64,000 bases of DNA, from positions 22,134,001 through 22,198,000 of the forward strand of contig NC_043017.1 of the NCBI RefSeq assembly GCF_006345805.1, in the 5' to 3' direction. The notes below the pieces were generated by a model. That model saw nothing but the letters and a program-made list of their open reading frames with translations, ran no database searches and was not told the DNA's origin. The translations under genes and the position numbers were made by a program. Numbering within the stretch: position 1 is the first letter of the stretch; the number at the start of each line of letters is the position of its first letter. This document shows positions 12,390 to 25,791 of this stretch, in pieces. Source of the DNA: Octopus sinensis. Lineage: Eukaryota.

Positions 12390-12832
12390 TACACAGAAAA
12401 AAAAACAAGGAGAGAAAAAATATGCGTGTAGGAGCTAACAATCTATCATGGCATTCTCATATATATATGTATATATAATTAATGAGAGAGATGGAAGAGG
12501 GAAGATACAAGAATCTCTCTTGATCACTGCAGTCATTTTGATCCATGTAGCATTGCTCCCTTGTAAGTGGGATACAGTACAACTGGTTTACATGTATCCA
12601 AGTAGATGTGTCTCCTCAGGTGATCTCAAGAGCTATCTCGTTAAAATAAACTGTTTCACACAGCTTATTTCTGGACGTTTTCTTCTTGGCCTTTGTATAT
12701 AAAAATGGGAAATTAAGGGATACAGCTTCATTCTTATAGAAAGATCCATAACAAAGATGAGATTCAAAAAGAAACAAATATACAATACATTGAAAAGATT
12801 TATTTATATATATTCGTGTGTGCGTGTATGCG

Positions 12833-12867
<35 letters not shown>

Positions 12868-12964
12868 TTATATACATATATAAAATATAAATTGTAACTA
12901 TATGTGGATTGTTGGCTTTTTTTTCCTCCATCTTCCTTTTCTCTTGAACTTTCCTCTGTCTCCT

Positions 12965-12999
12965 GTTTCTGAAGAAGAGCTTTGCTCGAAACATAAAAC
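12965..12999 (+). ncRNA. Minimal type I hammerhead-like motif, canonical core CUGAAGA
   Basis: GTTT-CTGAAGA-A-GAGC(TTT)GCTC-GAAA-CAT-A-AAAC. Stem III ACAT is probably CpG-decayed ACGT. It sits in a terminal-repeat-like segment at about 12900-13095. Confidence 0.65.
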
Positions 13000-13449
13000 T
13001 AACTTTCTTTCCTTGCTTGAGCATCTGTTAATACTCTGCATGTACCCCATCCTCACGTTGTTTTTCTTCTTCTCCTTGTGTTTTTCGTTTTTTTATTATA
13101 TTTATATATATATACATATATATATATACACACATACATATATATATACATACATATATATACACACATACACATACATACATATATATATACTTTATTC
13201 ATGGAAAAGTGAATGCAGAGGAGAGAGAGTTAGAGAATTTTCATCCAAAATGGAGTCGAGTTTGAGTGTGCCTCAATGTGGCACACTCAAACAATTGTGA
13301 AGATCTCATTACCTGAAACCTTTGGTTACATAGTAAATGAAGATTTATTCTACAATCACATCTGGCAGACCAGTGCCATATGTATGTAGGTGCTTGGTGT
13401 GTTTGTATGTGTTTGCTTTTGTTTTGTTTTTTGTCTTAACTTGTTAGTC

Positions 13450-13810
13450 ATTGGGATGCAGCCATGCTGGGGCACTGACTTGAAGAATTTATAGTTGAAT
13501 AAATCAACCCCTGTACTTACATTTTTACCTAAGCCTGATACTTATTCTATCTGTCTCTTTTGCCAAACTGCTAAGTCATGACGATGTAAAAACCCCAACA
13601 CCAGTCGTCAAGTGTAAAGGGTGCCAAACACAGACACAAACACATGCACATATATATATATATATATAAAAAGATGGGCATCTTTAAGTTTCAAATCCAC
13701 TCACAAAGCTTTGGTTGACATGAGGATATAATACAAGACACATGCATAAGGTGCCCTGCAGTGGGTCTGAACCTGGAAGCATGTGGCAGATGTCTTACCA
13801 CGCAGCCACC
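13450..13810 (-). mobile_element. SINE family A, diverged, with internal microsatellite
   Basis: Reverse-complement similarity to 33511-33921. Confidence 0.6.
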
Positions 13811-14459
13811 CCAGTGCCTCTGTATTTACTTTACATGTTGTTACTTATCAGAACATTGTCAGTATTCATGTTCCATAACTTAGCAGTGCGATAAATAGAA
13901 TTCACTAAAATAAGAATCAGATTTTAAAATAATCACAAGAGTTGACAAAAAAATCCCTTCACAGAAGAGCCCTGGCATTGTCAGAGTCTAATGAATGAAA
14001 CAGGGTGTGTGTGTGTGTATGTGACTCTGTGTGTGTGTGTGTGTGTGTGTCTGTGTGTAGATTACTGTAGATTCAATACTGATATATATTTGATATTATA
14101 ATATATCCGGAGAAATATAATAAACGTGGTGTGAACTTAAGATCAATGACATGAATATCCACACATGTACATATGAACACACACACCACACACACACATA
14201 CATATATATATATATACACACACACATACACGCACACACATACACACAGAGTTTTGCAGACAAATGTGCTACTTTTCTACTTGTTAATAATTCACATTCG
14301 ATATTAGTCACCTTGTCGAATGCCTACGGGATGTGAAACTTGGAGTAGCAACACAATGAACTTTTAGCTTCATATAAATGATTTACAGTTCATTGTATGG
14401 GTGCATTTGTGTGCGCATGCACATGTATGTGCATGTGTGTGTGAGTGTGTGTGCATGTG

Positions 14460-14525
14460 CATCTATGAGTGTGTATATATATATATGTGTCTGAGTGTGC
14501 ATGTTTCAGAGAGTAGACTATATGG

Positions 14526-14561
<36 letters not shown>

Positions 14562-14975
14562 TATATACATACATATACATATATATATATGTATATACAC
14601 ACACATATATATACATACATACATATATATATATATACACACATACATACATATATATATATACATACATATACAATATATATATATGTATATATACACA
14701 TACACACATATAATACATAACATACATATATATATACACACATACATACATATTATATATATATATACACACACACATACATATATATATATAGATATAT
14801 ATATATATACACACATACATACATATATATATATATATACACACACACATACATATATAGATATATATATATATATACACACATACATACATATATAATA
14901 TATATATATACACACATACATACATTATATATATATATATACACACATACATACATTATATATATATATATACAC

Positions 14976-15008
<33 letters not shown>

Positions 15009-15080
15009 CAATACAATATATATATATATATATACACACATACATATATATATTATATATATATATATACACACATACAT

Positions 15081-15111
<31 letters not shown>

Positions 15112-15175
15112 CATATATATATATATTATATATATATATAACATACATACACATACATACATACATACATATATA
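14460..15175. repeat. (TA)/(CA)/(CATA) compound microsatellite
   Basis: Direct inspection. Confidence 0.95.
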
Positions 15176-15633
15176 TGCTTATGATGATTTTTTGCTTTGT
15201 GTGTACGCGTGTTCTAATTACTAATATGTAATATTGGCACGCAGCCACAACATCTTTGTGGAGTGCACACATGATTAACACAAATACAGTACTTGGCCGG
15301 TGGTTTATACTATTGACCCAGAAAGAATGAAAGGCAAACATTGGCCTTGGCAAGGTGTGAACTTGGTATACAAACAGCCATAACAATGCAATTTTCCAAT
15401 TTGTTAGTACATATATTTGTTTATCTTTTGTATTTATAAGTCTGAATTCTTCTAAGTAGCACTGTGTTCATTCATCCAGTTTTACACCTCTTTTACTAAA
15501 CTAGCCTTGGTTGAATGAATGTAAGTCCTTGAGGTATTGGTTTTGCAACCAGATCCATTCTTATCACTAATTTTCACCTCTTTTTTTAATTAAGGAAGCT
15601 TTCATTCTACATGTCTCCACCTCCTCTTCCTCC

Positions 15634-15675
<42 letters not shown>

Positions 15676-15962
15676 GCTTGGTGGTATTTTGTCTGTCTTT
15701 ATGTTCTGAGTTCAAATTGCCTTTTATTCTTTTGGGGTCGATAAATTAAATACCAGTTATGCACTAAGGTCAAACAGCTGACAAGCAAATCTCTGGTATT
15801 GAGCAGAATATTTGCTGTAGCTCATCTTTTATTCCAAGACAAAACAATGTACATGATAACACTTCCAATCAGTTAAGATCAGGGCCATGAGAGCCACTGC
15901 CTGGTACTGCCTCAGGTTACTTATCATTATTATTATTATTATTATTATATTATTATTATTAT

Positions 15963-16275
15963 TATCTCCGTCTTAGCAAAGGCAGAGGTATTGTTTCAGT
16001 TGTGTTTGTTTGTTTGTCTTTCGACAAAGATATCTCAAGAATCCCTGGATGGATTGGGATGAAACTTTCAGGGATGTTTGGCCTCATGACTGGCACAAAC
16101 TGATTTGATTTTGGGATTGATCTGGCACTGGACAAGGATTCTGGATTATTTTTCCTGATTTTTTTTACTTAATTTTTGAGAGCAGTCGGGTTGATTTTTA
16201 GTATCTTCATTCATGAGAGCAGTTGAGTTTATCTCAGATATTCACATTTTAAAAACCATCTCTGACTAATCATTG
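15963..16275 (+). mobile_element. Probable Helentron/DINE-like non-autonomous element
   Basis: atctccgtc..ggcagaggtattgttt start, then a (GTTT)n/(GTCT) microsatellite and ggatggattgggatgaaacttt motif. The layout resembles HINE/DINE elements; recognised from memory, not searched. Confidence 0.35.
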
Positions 16276-16975
16276 ACAAGCAAGCTTCTTACCACACACG
16301 TATTTGTGTGTATATGCATGAGCATGTATGTGCAGTAGTGCATGTCTCATCCTGAAATGTGTGCTCATGTCTTTAGAAAAAACCTAAGCTAACATATATG
16401 CTTGGCAATGTAAATGTTTTGTGTGTGGGAGAGAGAGAGAGAGAGAGAGAGACAGACAAAGAGAGAGAGAGAGACTAAGAGAAGGTCAAAATTTTTTATG
16501 TGTTTCTAATTTTCCCTTAGTAAGTGTCTGGTAGTTCCCTTATTTTTATCACATGATTTGATGGTGCCCTTTTGGTATCATTAGGATGCCCTGACTATCA
16601 TCACCAGGTATATTATGGGACATTAATGCTATTGATGCCAATTCACCTGGGACCCAATTCCTACTGATTCTATAATACAAATTTATTGTTATAAAGTGAT
16701 CTAAATTAAAACCCCACATCAAAGTTCCATGTTAATTTAAGTCCCAGACACCAGATTAATAAGGATCAAAGTTAGTTCACTAAATTCTTCATCATTTTCA
16801 AAATCAGTAGAAATATGGTAACAAGAAATGGTTACAAAAGAGTTAAGTAGGAGTTGTTAAGTGGATCTTTCTCTGCTTTTTTACAGAAAGATAAATATTT
16901 GAACCAGATCTTTCAGTTCTTAGCCAAATATGTCTGAGCCTGCCCTTCATTCTATGATACAAACATGCTGTTTAA

Positions 16976-17197
16976 CCATTCAGCGTTCAAATTATTCTGT
17001 CAAATGTAATGGTTTTTTTAAATTCATTTTGTTTTTAATTAACCATGAATTATTTTGTTGCTTTAAAAATGTGACGATGTGACAGTATGTTTTATTATAG
17101 TATTGAAGGGTAAGTGTGATAGGCTGGATCTGGCTGGTTAGAAAATAAAACAGGTAGAATATTTGGGCCGGATATAGCCAGTTTAAGTGATAAAGGG
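16976..17197 (+). mobile_element. piggyBac-like MITE (TTAA-flanked, CCC/GGG ends, diverged)
   Basis: ttaa-ccattcagc..gtgataaaggg-ttag. Related copies at about 56700-56925 (opposite orientation) and 57080-57236. Confidence 0.5.
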
Positions 17198-17840
17198 TTA
17201 GAGTGATTTAAATAAATCCTTCAATGAAAATTTCATGCTAATTCATGCTCTAAACACTGGTTTAAGCATGACAAAGTTAGTTTACTAATTTTTTCATTGT
17301 TTTCAAAATATAGAGAAACAAAGGCAGAATATTTCAACAGAAATATGGTTACTAATGAGTTAAGTGGAAATTAATTAGAGGATTCTCCTCTGCTTTTTAC
17401 AGAACAATAAACATTTGAATTCAGTCTTCTGGTCTCCAACCCAACCTGTCTGAGACTGCTTCTTGTTCTATTATGCAAGCTTCCTGTTTAAAGCAATTTA
17501 AATTAGATCCTTGCATCAAAATCTCACGTTAATGTACTTTCCAAACATCAGTTACGTAATTATGAAGTTATTTTACTAAATTATTTATTATTTTAAAAAT
17601 TAAATTGAAACAAAGGCAGTGTATTCAACAGGAATATGGCATCAAAATGGTTAAATCTGCCATCAATCAACACTAGAGAACATCTACCAGGTTTAATCAT
17701 CTGCTGGAAACAGTAGCCAAATCTCTTTCAAATTATACTATCATCTTTGAAAGGTGTAAAGAGATACATTAGATTATGTAACCATAAAAACTCCTTCAAA
17801 AACTTACAGGATGGTCATGGATAGAATAATTTTGATTGAA

Positions 17841-18071
17841 GGCAGCGAGCTGGTAGAAACATTAGCACACCAGGCGAAATGCTTATCGGTATTTCATCAG
17901 CCGCTATGTTCTAAGTTCAAATTCCGCCAAGGTCGATTTTGCCTTTCATCCTTTCAGGGTAGATAAATTAAGTACCAGTTACGCATTGGGGTCGATGTAA
18001 TCGATTTAATCACTTTGTCTGTCCTTGTTTATCCCCTCTATGTTTAGCCCCTTATGGGCAATAAAGAAATA
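17841..18071 (+). mobile_element. SINE family B (tRNA-like head, Deu/Nin-like core), monomer
   Basis: ggcagcgagctgg head, B-box-like gttcaaattcc, core gcctttcatcctttcagggt.gataaattaagtaccag, aaagaaata end. Inserted in an older repeat. Confidence 0.85.
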
Positions 18072-18699
18072 AGAACACCTTTGATCATGTCTGTTCGATG
18101 ACGGTTAATCAAGAGTTAACAAACAACACAGACAATTTACAATTTATGCACAGACACACAGACACACACACACAAACACACATATAATATTATTATTATC
18201 CCAATTCTGCAAATAGTTTTTGCCCCTCAAATATTTCAAATTTCAAATGGTGCTAAGTCACCCATCACCGAAGCTCACTACACTCTCTAGAGTGCATTGT
18301 TTAATTGCTGCCCTGCAGTCAACTACATTTACATGCCATGCTGTATATTGTGTACCACAGAAAATAAACCAATCAGTCAGTCTATGCTTCAATAAAAATC
18401 CTGGCTACCAAGGAAGTACAGGTGCAGGAATACAGGGAGTGAAACCCTTAGTTCAAGTTCCAGTATCAAGTTGGAACAATTTCACCTCACTTACGTATAT
18501 ATCATGAATAATTTTTTATTTGCCTGCAACCAAAGCAATAAAAGTTGGCTGATATTTCTATGTGAGACACTGCAACACCCACGGTTTTACAGTTTTACAC
18601 CTCCAACTCAGTAAATAAGAGTTCTAGGCAAAAACAATTCAGCAACAACAATGAATAAGCACATATATGTATGTGTCAACGTGTGTGTGTATGTGTATG

Positions 18700-18734
<35 letters not shown>

Positions 18735-18909
18735 ATATATACACATACATATTCATAAATGTATGTCAAGAGAGAGAGGGAGAGATACTCACACACACAC
18801 ATCAAATATGCATGTGTATAACATACGCATATATATGTATTTCATACACATACAACATGCATATGTATATATATATATAAAATATATATATATGTATATA
18901 TATATATAT

Positions 18910-18950
<41 letters not shown>

Positions 18951-19549
18951 GGAGTAAGAGAGAGAGAGTACATATGTACATATAGATACATATATATTTG
19001 TGCATATATGTGTGTAAACACACACACATACACATAAGTGTGTATGTATGTATATATATATATATACATATGTATACACATATGTATAAACAGATAGATA
19101 GACAGATAGGTACACATGTCCTCTCTATCTCTCTCTCTATCTCTCTCTCTTTCTCTGTCACACACACAAGTTCTGTTAAACAAAGGTTGACATTTAATTT
19201 TATCAATTTTCTTTTGAGCAACAAACAGCCATTGAAGTTTTTGTGGCCGGAATTATTAATTGTACAACAAATTTCTTTTATTCTATGTTTAAGTGTCACT
19301 TCATTACTTGGACTCAACCAACTCTCTGATGGCTTTTGTTTTTTCCTTCCAACTTATACACCTTTCAATTTCAGATAAAATTAAATGTCTTCTTTTGTTT
19401 AAGAAAACTTATATCTATATACACAGATGTGTGTGTGTATGTATATATCTATATAACTGCTTATAACAGGTATATTTTAAAGAAACACTCATTATCACTA
19501 TGGACTCCGTGTGGGCAGTCATCTAAAAGTTTTTGTTCGTCATGATGCT

Positions 19550-19663
19550 GACATAAGTTCCTTGTCTTTCCTGATGAGAAGACGGCATAATGCACCCTTT
19601 ATTCCTTCGGAATTAAGAATATGCAGTCTTCGAAACTTATGTCGAGAATAAAGGAATTTTGTT
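19550..19663 (+). ncRNA. Type I hammerhead ribozyme, apparently intact; predicted cleavage after GUC at 19643
   Basis: Core CTGATGA 19571-19577. Stem II GAAGAC/GTCTTC (19578-83/19626-31) extends into a long hairpin. GAAA 19632-35; short stem III AC(TTAT)GT; C17=19643. Stem I is 4 bp plus a 3x3 loop plus about 9-13 bp (19550-19570 with 19644-19663). Confidence 0.7.
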
Positions 19664-19853
19664 AAATCGTCGTTCGACTCCATTCTTTCATTTATCTATA
19701 GTAAAAATACACACAAGTTTCCACACGAAAGCACTTGATTTCTGCCCTTGGCATGTAGCTTCAACCGTGCTTTCTGACGTAAATTTGCTACCCAGGTATC
19801 GGTTAACCGAATTATCCATACTAGGATAATTCATTCAACTACTTAAACATTTA

Positions 19854-19902
<49 letters not shown>

Positions 19903-20067
19903 TGAGTGTGTGTGTGTGTGTTTTAGCTATGAAGGTACAAGAGTGACACAAGATCTGAGTATTTTGTGTATTATACTTATCGAACTTTATTGAATGCAAC
20001 TCAAAATCTCTTCAATTGCAAGTCACTAAACATAGCTTTATAACTAAATGAAAAGCTGTATGCGATC

Positions 20068-20262
20068 ATCATCATCATCATCATCATTATTTAGTGTCCG
20101 TTTTCCATGCTGGCATAGGTAAGATGATCTGACAGGAGGCTGGTCAGCTGGAGGGTTGCAATAAGGCTCTGGTCTGTTTTGGCTTGGTTTCTATGGCTGG
20201 ATGTCCTTCCCAACACCAACCACTCCACAGAGTGTATTGGGTGCCTTTTACATGTCACTAGC
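20068..20262 (-). mobile_element. SINE family C, diverged, with (ATG)n tail
   Basis: catcatcat..ttttccatgctggcat..ggctggatgtccttcccaacaccaaccactcc. Confidence 0.7.
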
Positions 20263-20620
20263 ACATATTAATTTTACTGATATGGTGGTTTTTATATGCT
20301 GGCCACTGGTGTAATCATTATTAATGATTATATCTTCAATTTATACACACACACATACATACACACACACATATGCATATATATATATATATAATATATA
20401 TATATATATAAGCACACAGATACATAGATAGATAGACAGACAGACAGACAGATAGATAATAGATAGATAGATAGATAGATAGACAGAGAGTCAGCAGTCA
20501 GACAGACAGATAGACAGATAGATAGATAGATGGACAGACAGACAGACAGACAGACAGGCAGACAGACAGACAGACAGACAGACAGGCAGGCAGGCAGGCA
20601 GGCAGGCAGACAGACAGACA

Positions 20621-20744
<124 letters not shown>

Positions 20745-21408
20745 CACAGACAGCCAGGTATGTATAAGTAGATACACACATACATAAACACAACTCTTTA
20801 TATTCCTGGAATGAATACACAGCCAACAAAACCAAGTACAGATACAACAACAACAAATAATGATGAAATTAGTAGTTCAAGCAGCACCTGTAACTTGTAG
20901 TTTGTAGTAATTCATGATAAAACTACAGTGTCTGCATCACAGTTACACCTCAGGACTTATAGACTCCTGACAGCCTCAAACATCTTAATTATAATTTCAC
21001 GAAAACTAACGACTCTGAACATTGTGAAAGTCTGTAGTGAGTTGATTAAATTCACCGCAACAGCATAGATAGATTCATAGAAGCATCTTTGAAGAGGAAA
21101 AATTTATGTTAAACACACACCTACTGAAAATAAATTCCTAACTGTCATAGATTTTATAATAATTACTTATGAATGTAAGCGTAAACAGAGATACCTGAAG
21201 ACTCTATCACTCGTACACTCATGCAAACATGGATAGAGAAACAGCCATGAAATTGATGGGAAATGTAATACTAATTTTCACCTGAGATAAGATATATAAG
21301 ATGTGCAGAGTGGAAAGTGATGTTCTATTGGGACCACACCTGAACAATGAGATAACACACCCTGCTTCTGTGATAAATACAAAGTGAATTAGGAGCTGTA
21401 TATTACTA

Positions 21409-21477
<69 letters not shown>

Positions 21478-21680
21478 GAGAGAGAGAAAGAGAGAGAGAG
21501 TAGAGATACACATATATATAAATATGTGTGTGTGTGTGTATATATATATATACATATATATATATATAGGGAGGAGAGAGAGAGAGATACACATATATAT
21601 ATATATATATGTATGTATGTGTGTCTGTGTATGTATACACATACATACACATGTATGCATGTGTATATGTATATATATAT

Positions 21681-21716
<36 letters not shown>

Positions 21717-21970
21717 CATATGGTAAGTCACAGATTGCTAAACACCACGTATCTCTGATAAATGCTGGCAATGATGAGTTAAACATTCAGCCATATTTGA
21801 AATATTAATTTTAGATAAATTAGTGCCAGTCTCCAAGCTGCTTGTCACCTCTGATAGTTTTACTCCTCTATAACAAGTTAACTGCATTCTACTTGTTACT
21901 CGCTAAATATGTGATTATTTACAAACACACATAAATCTTTGTATGTTTAAATAACCGTAAGACCACACAG

Positions 21971-22021
21971 GACACGCATATACCATCATAATCTTCGTTT
22001 TTATATCTGCTTTATGTTCTG
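21971..22021 (+). CDS. Candidate 51-nt exon encoding hydrophobic (G)HAYTIIIFVFISALCS(A), signal-peptide-like
   Basis: Strong donor G|gtaagg but weak acceptor (accacacag). Phase 1/1 reading frame is open and joins exon 27690 in frame. Confidence 0.3.
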
Positions 22022-25000
22022 GTAAGGTTTACATGATTGTCAAGGTTCAAATCACTTTTTATTCAGGATTACTTCCGTCCTTTAACTAGTTCAGCCCCAC
22101 ATTTTTCTCACACACACATTCCATTTTCAGCATGTTGTCTTTGGTCAGATGCTCTGCCAATCACAAACTACATTATATGTTGTACAAGGAGCATTTTATC
22201 TTGGTGCCAACACTAAATGAGTTGGCCTATCTTCACAACAAAACTAAAGGGACCTCTCTTCCTTTTCTTGTCCCCATAGACTTGGAACTACATTACAGAG
22301 AGTATTTTACCCTGATGCCAGCACTAGAGAGGTTGCCATGTCCCCCAACAGGACTAAACAATCCTATTTACCCTGTGTTGTTTGTATTCATTTGCTTACC
22401 AGCACTAGAGAAATGTTTTGTTTCTTGGTAGGTAGACGAGAGGGCTGAAAGAAGATCGACATGAGAGGTTGGTTGAGGGGAGAGTAAATTATGTCTGAGA
22501 GAGGGTTACAGGAAATGGGCAATATAATAGGGGAAGAGAGTGATAAGAAGGGGACATGGTGATAGAAGTATTGGTAGAAAGAGAGTGAACAAAAGAGGGT
22601 GATTGATGTCAACAATGAGCGCTAAAGGAGGGAGTAATGTAAGAGACTGGCGAATAGCAATGGAACTAAACTGATATGCTCAAGGTACATGATGTGGCAG
22701 AGTCTTAAGTGTCCCTCAATAACATAGTAGTTTAAAACAACAGTTTTCCTACTGATGAAAGCTAGTCCCCTCCCCATTGCAATATTAGAGAAAATGTTTG
22801 GGCCCCACTCCTCCTTTTTATTAATGAGAAAACAAAACAGATTTTGCATCCATCCAATTACTTCATTTTCACCATGGTGTTTCATTTATAAGTTAATAAA
22901 GCAGGAAACCATCTGAATTGTGCACTCACAGCTGAGAAACTGGGATTAGCACAAGCCTAATGAAACAGGCTTTTACTTTTAAAATAACTCTGTGGTACCT
23001 ATATTCAGTTAAGTGGACTGAGCCATTTCAGACTTAATGACCATAGTCATTAGGCAAGGCAATGCTGGTGACACAGCTGTTTGTCTTCAACATTTATCTA
23101 TTCTTATATCTGCACTTTTAAACAATACAACTGCATGGTTACAAGTTTGTTATATTGTTACACTTTTTACCTGCTACTAATGGTAAATCCTTATACTTCC
23201 ATATAAGGAATCAAAGTTGCAGTAACTATTTACAAAAGGCACTTTATTCCAAACAATATTTCTAAGTTTTTATTGAATTATCAATTGCTTATTGTTATCG
23301 AAAAGGTCAAATCCCAAAGTGATTACAATAAGCAGATTCAACTGCATCATGTTCATGAGTTTAATAATGTTTCAATCATCAATAATCTAGGATTTCCCCT
23401 CCATTTTATTTCATTTATTTTGTCTCAGGGCCTTTAAGAGGAGGAATTCAGCTGGTAAATCCATCTGGGTTCAGATATTTAAAGAAAATTCTATGAATAT
23501 TTCAAGGACCCTCTCACTAAAAAGAAACCTCACAACTCCCTTGAATTATTAGAGTCTCCCTTCTATGGGGCCAAAAAGCTAATGCTCTAACTAGCAATAT
23601 TTCTTTTAGAGACTCCATTCCATCTATGTTACAAGGACTCAGGATGCTGAGACCCATCTTTGTTGCTAGGACTCATGGTGCTGAGATTCTGAACAGATAG
23701 TGAGAGGAATTCTATCCAACACTCTACCAATTCCTCCACAGTGTTCTAAACAGCAAAATGATAAAGATTTTTTGCTCAACTATGTTATAATGTGAATTCA
23801 TAAAGTACATGCACTTTGCTTTAATTTTCACCAGTACTTAATACCCTAAACATGATTTAAATAATCTATTCCTACCGGACAAAATCTAATGTAACAAGAA
23901 TAGACATTTAACATAAAAACAATAGATCTTGTTCTCTGTCAAACACACTGCTGTTATATTGGTTTTCTGAAAAAGGTTTTTATTGAGTCAATTTCTGTCG
24001 CTAAAACACCATTCATATTCACTGAAATAAATTCAAATAGTTTTAAGCACATTCTACCTCAGGGTAACATTATGTTAAAGAAGAATATCATTAGCATATA
24101 TATTAAATACATTAATATACATAAATGATTTTTCTGTATGGAAATCACAGATAATTGGTGCCAAGTAATAAATGAGGAGAATAAAGTAAAAAAAATAATT
24201 ATTCAATGGTTAATTTGTTACTCTGAAATGATATCCCACCATCAACGGTTGGCTAGAGAGATTTGCAGTTGTATATCTTTCAGTGAATATCATATTATGA
24301 AAGTCTGTATGATATCTTCATGATTGATAAGGAATTATGATATGATAAAAAAAAAGGAAAAATTAATCTAAGAAAAAATGCCCAAATAGCAGGAAGAAAA
24401 AATATGAATGCTTCACTGGTTCGCAAGTACAACATTGGTTAGTCTTTAAATTAAAAATACCTTTATAAATGTCAGTATAACATACTGAATAATACTAATA
24501 AAAATGGTGAAGTTTTATTCCTGGTCAGAAATAGTTAATGTTATCCTCAATTCAAATGAGATTCCAAACTTGGTAATTCCCCAAAAGCTATTATGCAAGT
24601 TTTCCATATCAATTTTTTTCATATATTTTCTATACTAAGAATTCATGGGAATGCACTTGAATTGCTTTAGTTTTCTTTTATAATTTTATTATTCCACTTT
24701 TGTATACGTACATATATACATACAAACATAGATATGCACACACACACATACATACATACATACATACATACATACATACATACATACATACATGCATACA
24801 TATATATATACACATGCATACACTGCCCTTTTGTTTCTTTGGGGTTTTTTGTTAAATCTGTTTTCATCCTTGTTTTTAATTTTTAACTTTATTTTTTAAA
24901 CTTTGTATGTCTATGTGTGCATGTGTGTGTGTATATACATATACATATATATCTATATATCTATATATATATATGCATACATATATATATATATATATAC

Positions 25001-25488
25001 ACACACACATACTAATTTTTTTTTTTGTTAAATGAGGGTTTTTTTCTTACCCCATGCTAGTTTGACTGACATGAACTTCCAAATTCAGACATATTCAAGA
25101 CTTATAAGTGAAGAAAACACTTAGAATAAAGAAAAACCGTATGGCAGACTCAATAACCTTTGAAATATGAATCTGCATCAAAATATTTCACAAAATAATA
25201 ATACAATTAGAGACCTTGCTACAATACAGACACAGATAGAGACAGCTAATTTTATTCTAGAAGCTACATGAGTCAACTTATCTTGGTGTACCAGGTTCAT
25301 GCCATGTAATGTTGTGTTGCAAACTCCATCCAAATTCTGTGAAGCTGTATGTATGTATATATTTATATATGCACTGAATCATAAAATCTTTGGGGATAGC
25401 CTAAATAATTACTGGTATAAAATAGCACCAGATGATCTCAGGAAATGTTTTGCAACACTATAAACTCATTCAGGAACATGTGTGACTG

Positions 25489-25791
25489 TTGTTTGTTCCT
25501 TATCGAGCCATGCTTGGCTCATAAGGGCCGGTTTCCCAGTTTCTTGGCGTATAGGTTCCCCACCTGGATGGGACGCCGGTCCATCGCAGGTGAGCTGCAA
25601 GATGCAGGAGGAAAGAGTGAGAGAAAGTTGTGGCGAAGGAGTCAGCAGAAGTTTCACCATTACCTTCTGCTGGAGCCACATGGAGCTTAGGTGTTTCACT
25701 CATAAACACACACATCGCCCGGTCTGAGATTCGAACCCGCGATCCCTCGACCACGAGTCTGCTGCTCTAACGACTAGGCCATTGTGCCTCC
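25489..25791 (-). mobile_element. SINE family D (tRNA head plus V-domain-like core), young
   Basis: A/B-box-like tggcctagtcg / ggttcgaatc; core gcgatggaccggcgtcccatccaggtgg. 13-bp TSD acatgtgtgactg at 25476-88 and 25792-804. Confidence 0.9.

Noticed and set aside
19574-19634. SECIS reading of the hairpin (AUGA, 11 nt, AA, ..GA)
   Set aside because: The AA-to-GA spacing is 41 nt, too long for typical SECIS elements, the internal loop is very asymmetric, and no upstream selenoprotein-like exon was seen. The hammerhead reading explains more positions.
19550-19643. Type III hammerhead reading using GACAUAAGUU as stem III
   Set aside because: The 11 nt between GUU and CUGAUGA (CCUUGUCUUUC) cannot form stem I. 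I treat this pairing as the inactive alternative fold.
19540-19683. 47-codon minus-strand ORF MESNDDLTKFLYSRHK..
   Set aside because: No homology recognised and no good donor. It overlaps the ribozyme, whose structure better explains the sequence.
21195-21281. Minus-strand exon candidate with good splice sites
   Set aside because: Stops occur in all three frames and there is no other support.
22132-22431. 99-aa ORF MLSLVRCSANHKL..
   Set aside because: It overlaps decayed SINE-C-like sequence and has no recognisable domain.
25261-25346. Plus-strand exon candidate KLHESTYLGVPGSCHVMLCC..
   Set aside because: The donor is supplied by a (GTAT)n microsatellite, and its phase does not fit exon 21971-22021. 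It fits only an alternative acceptor at 27709.
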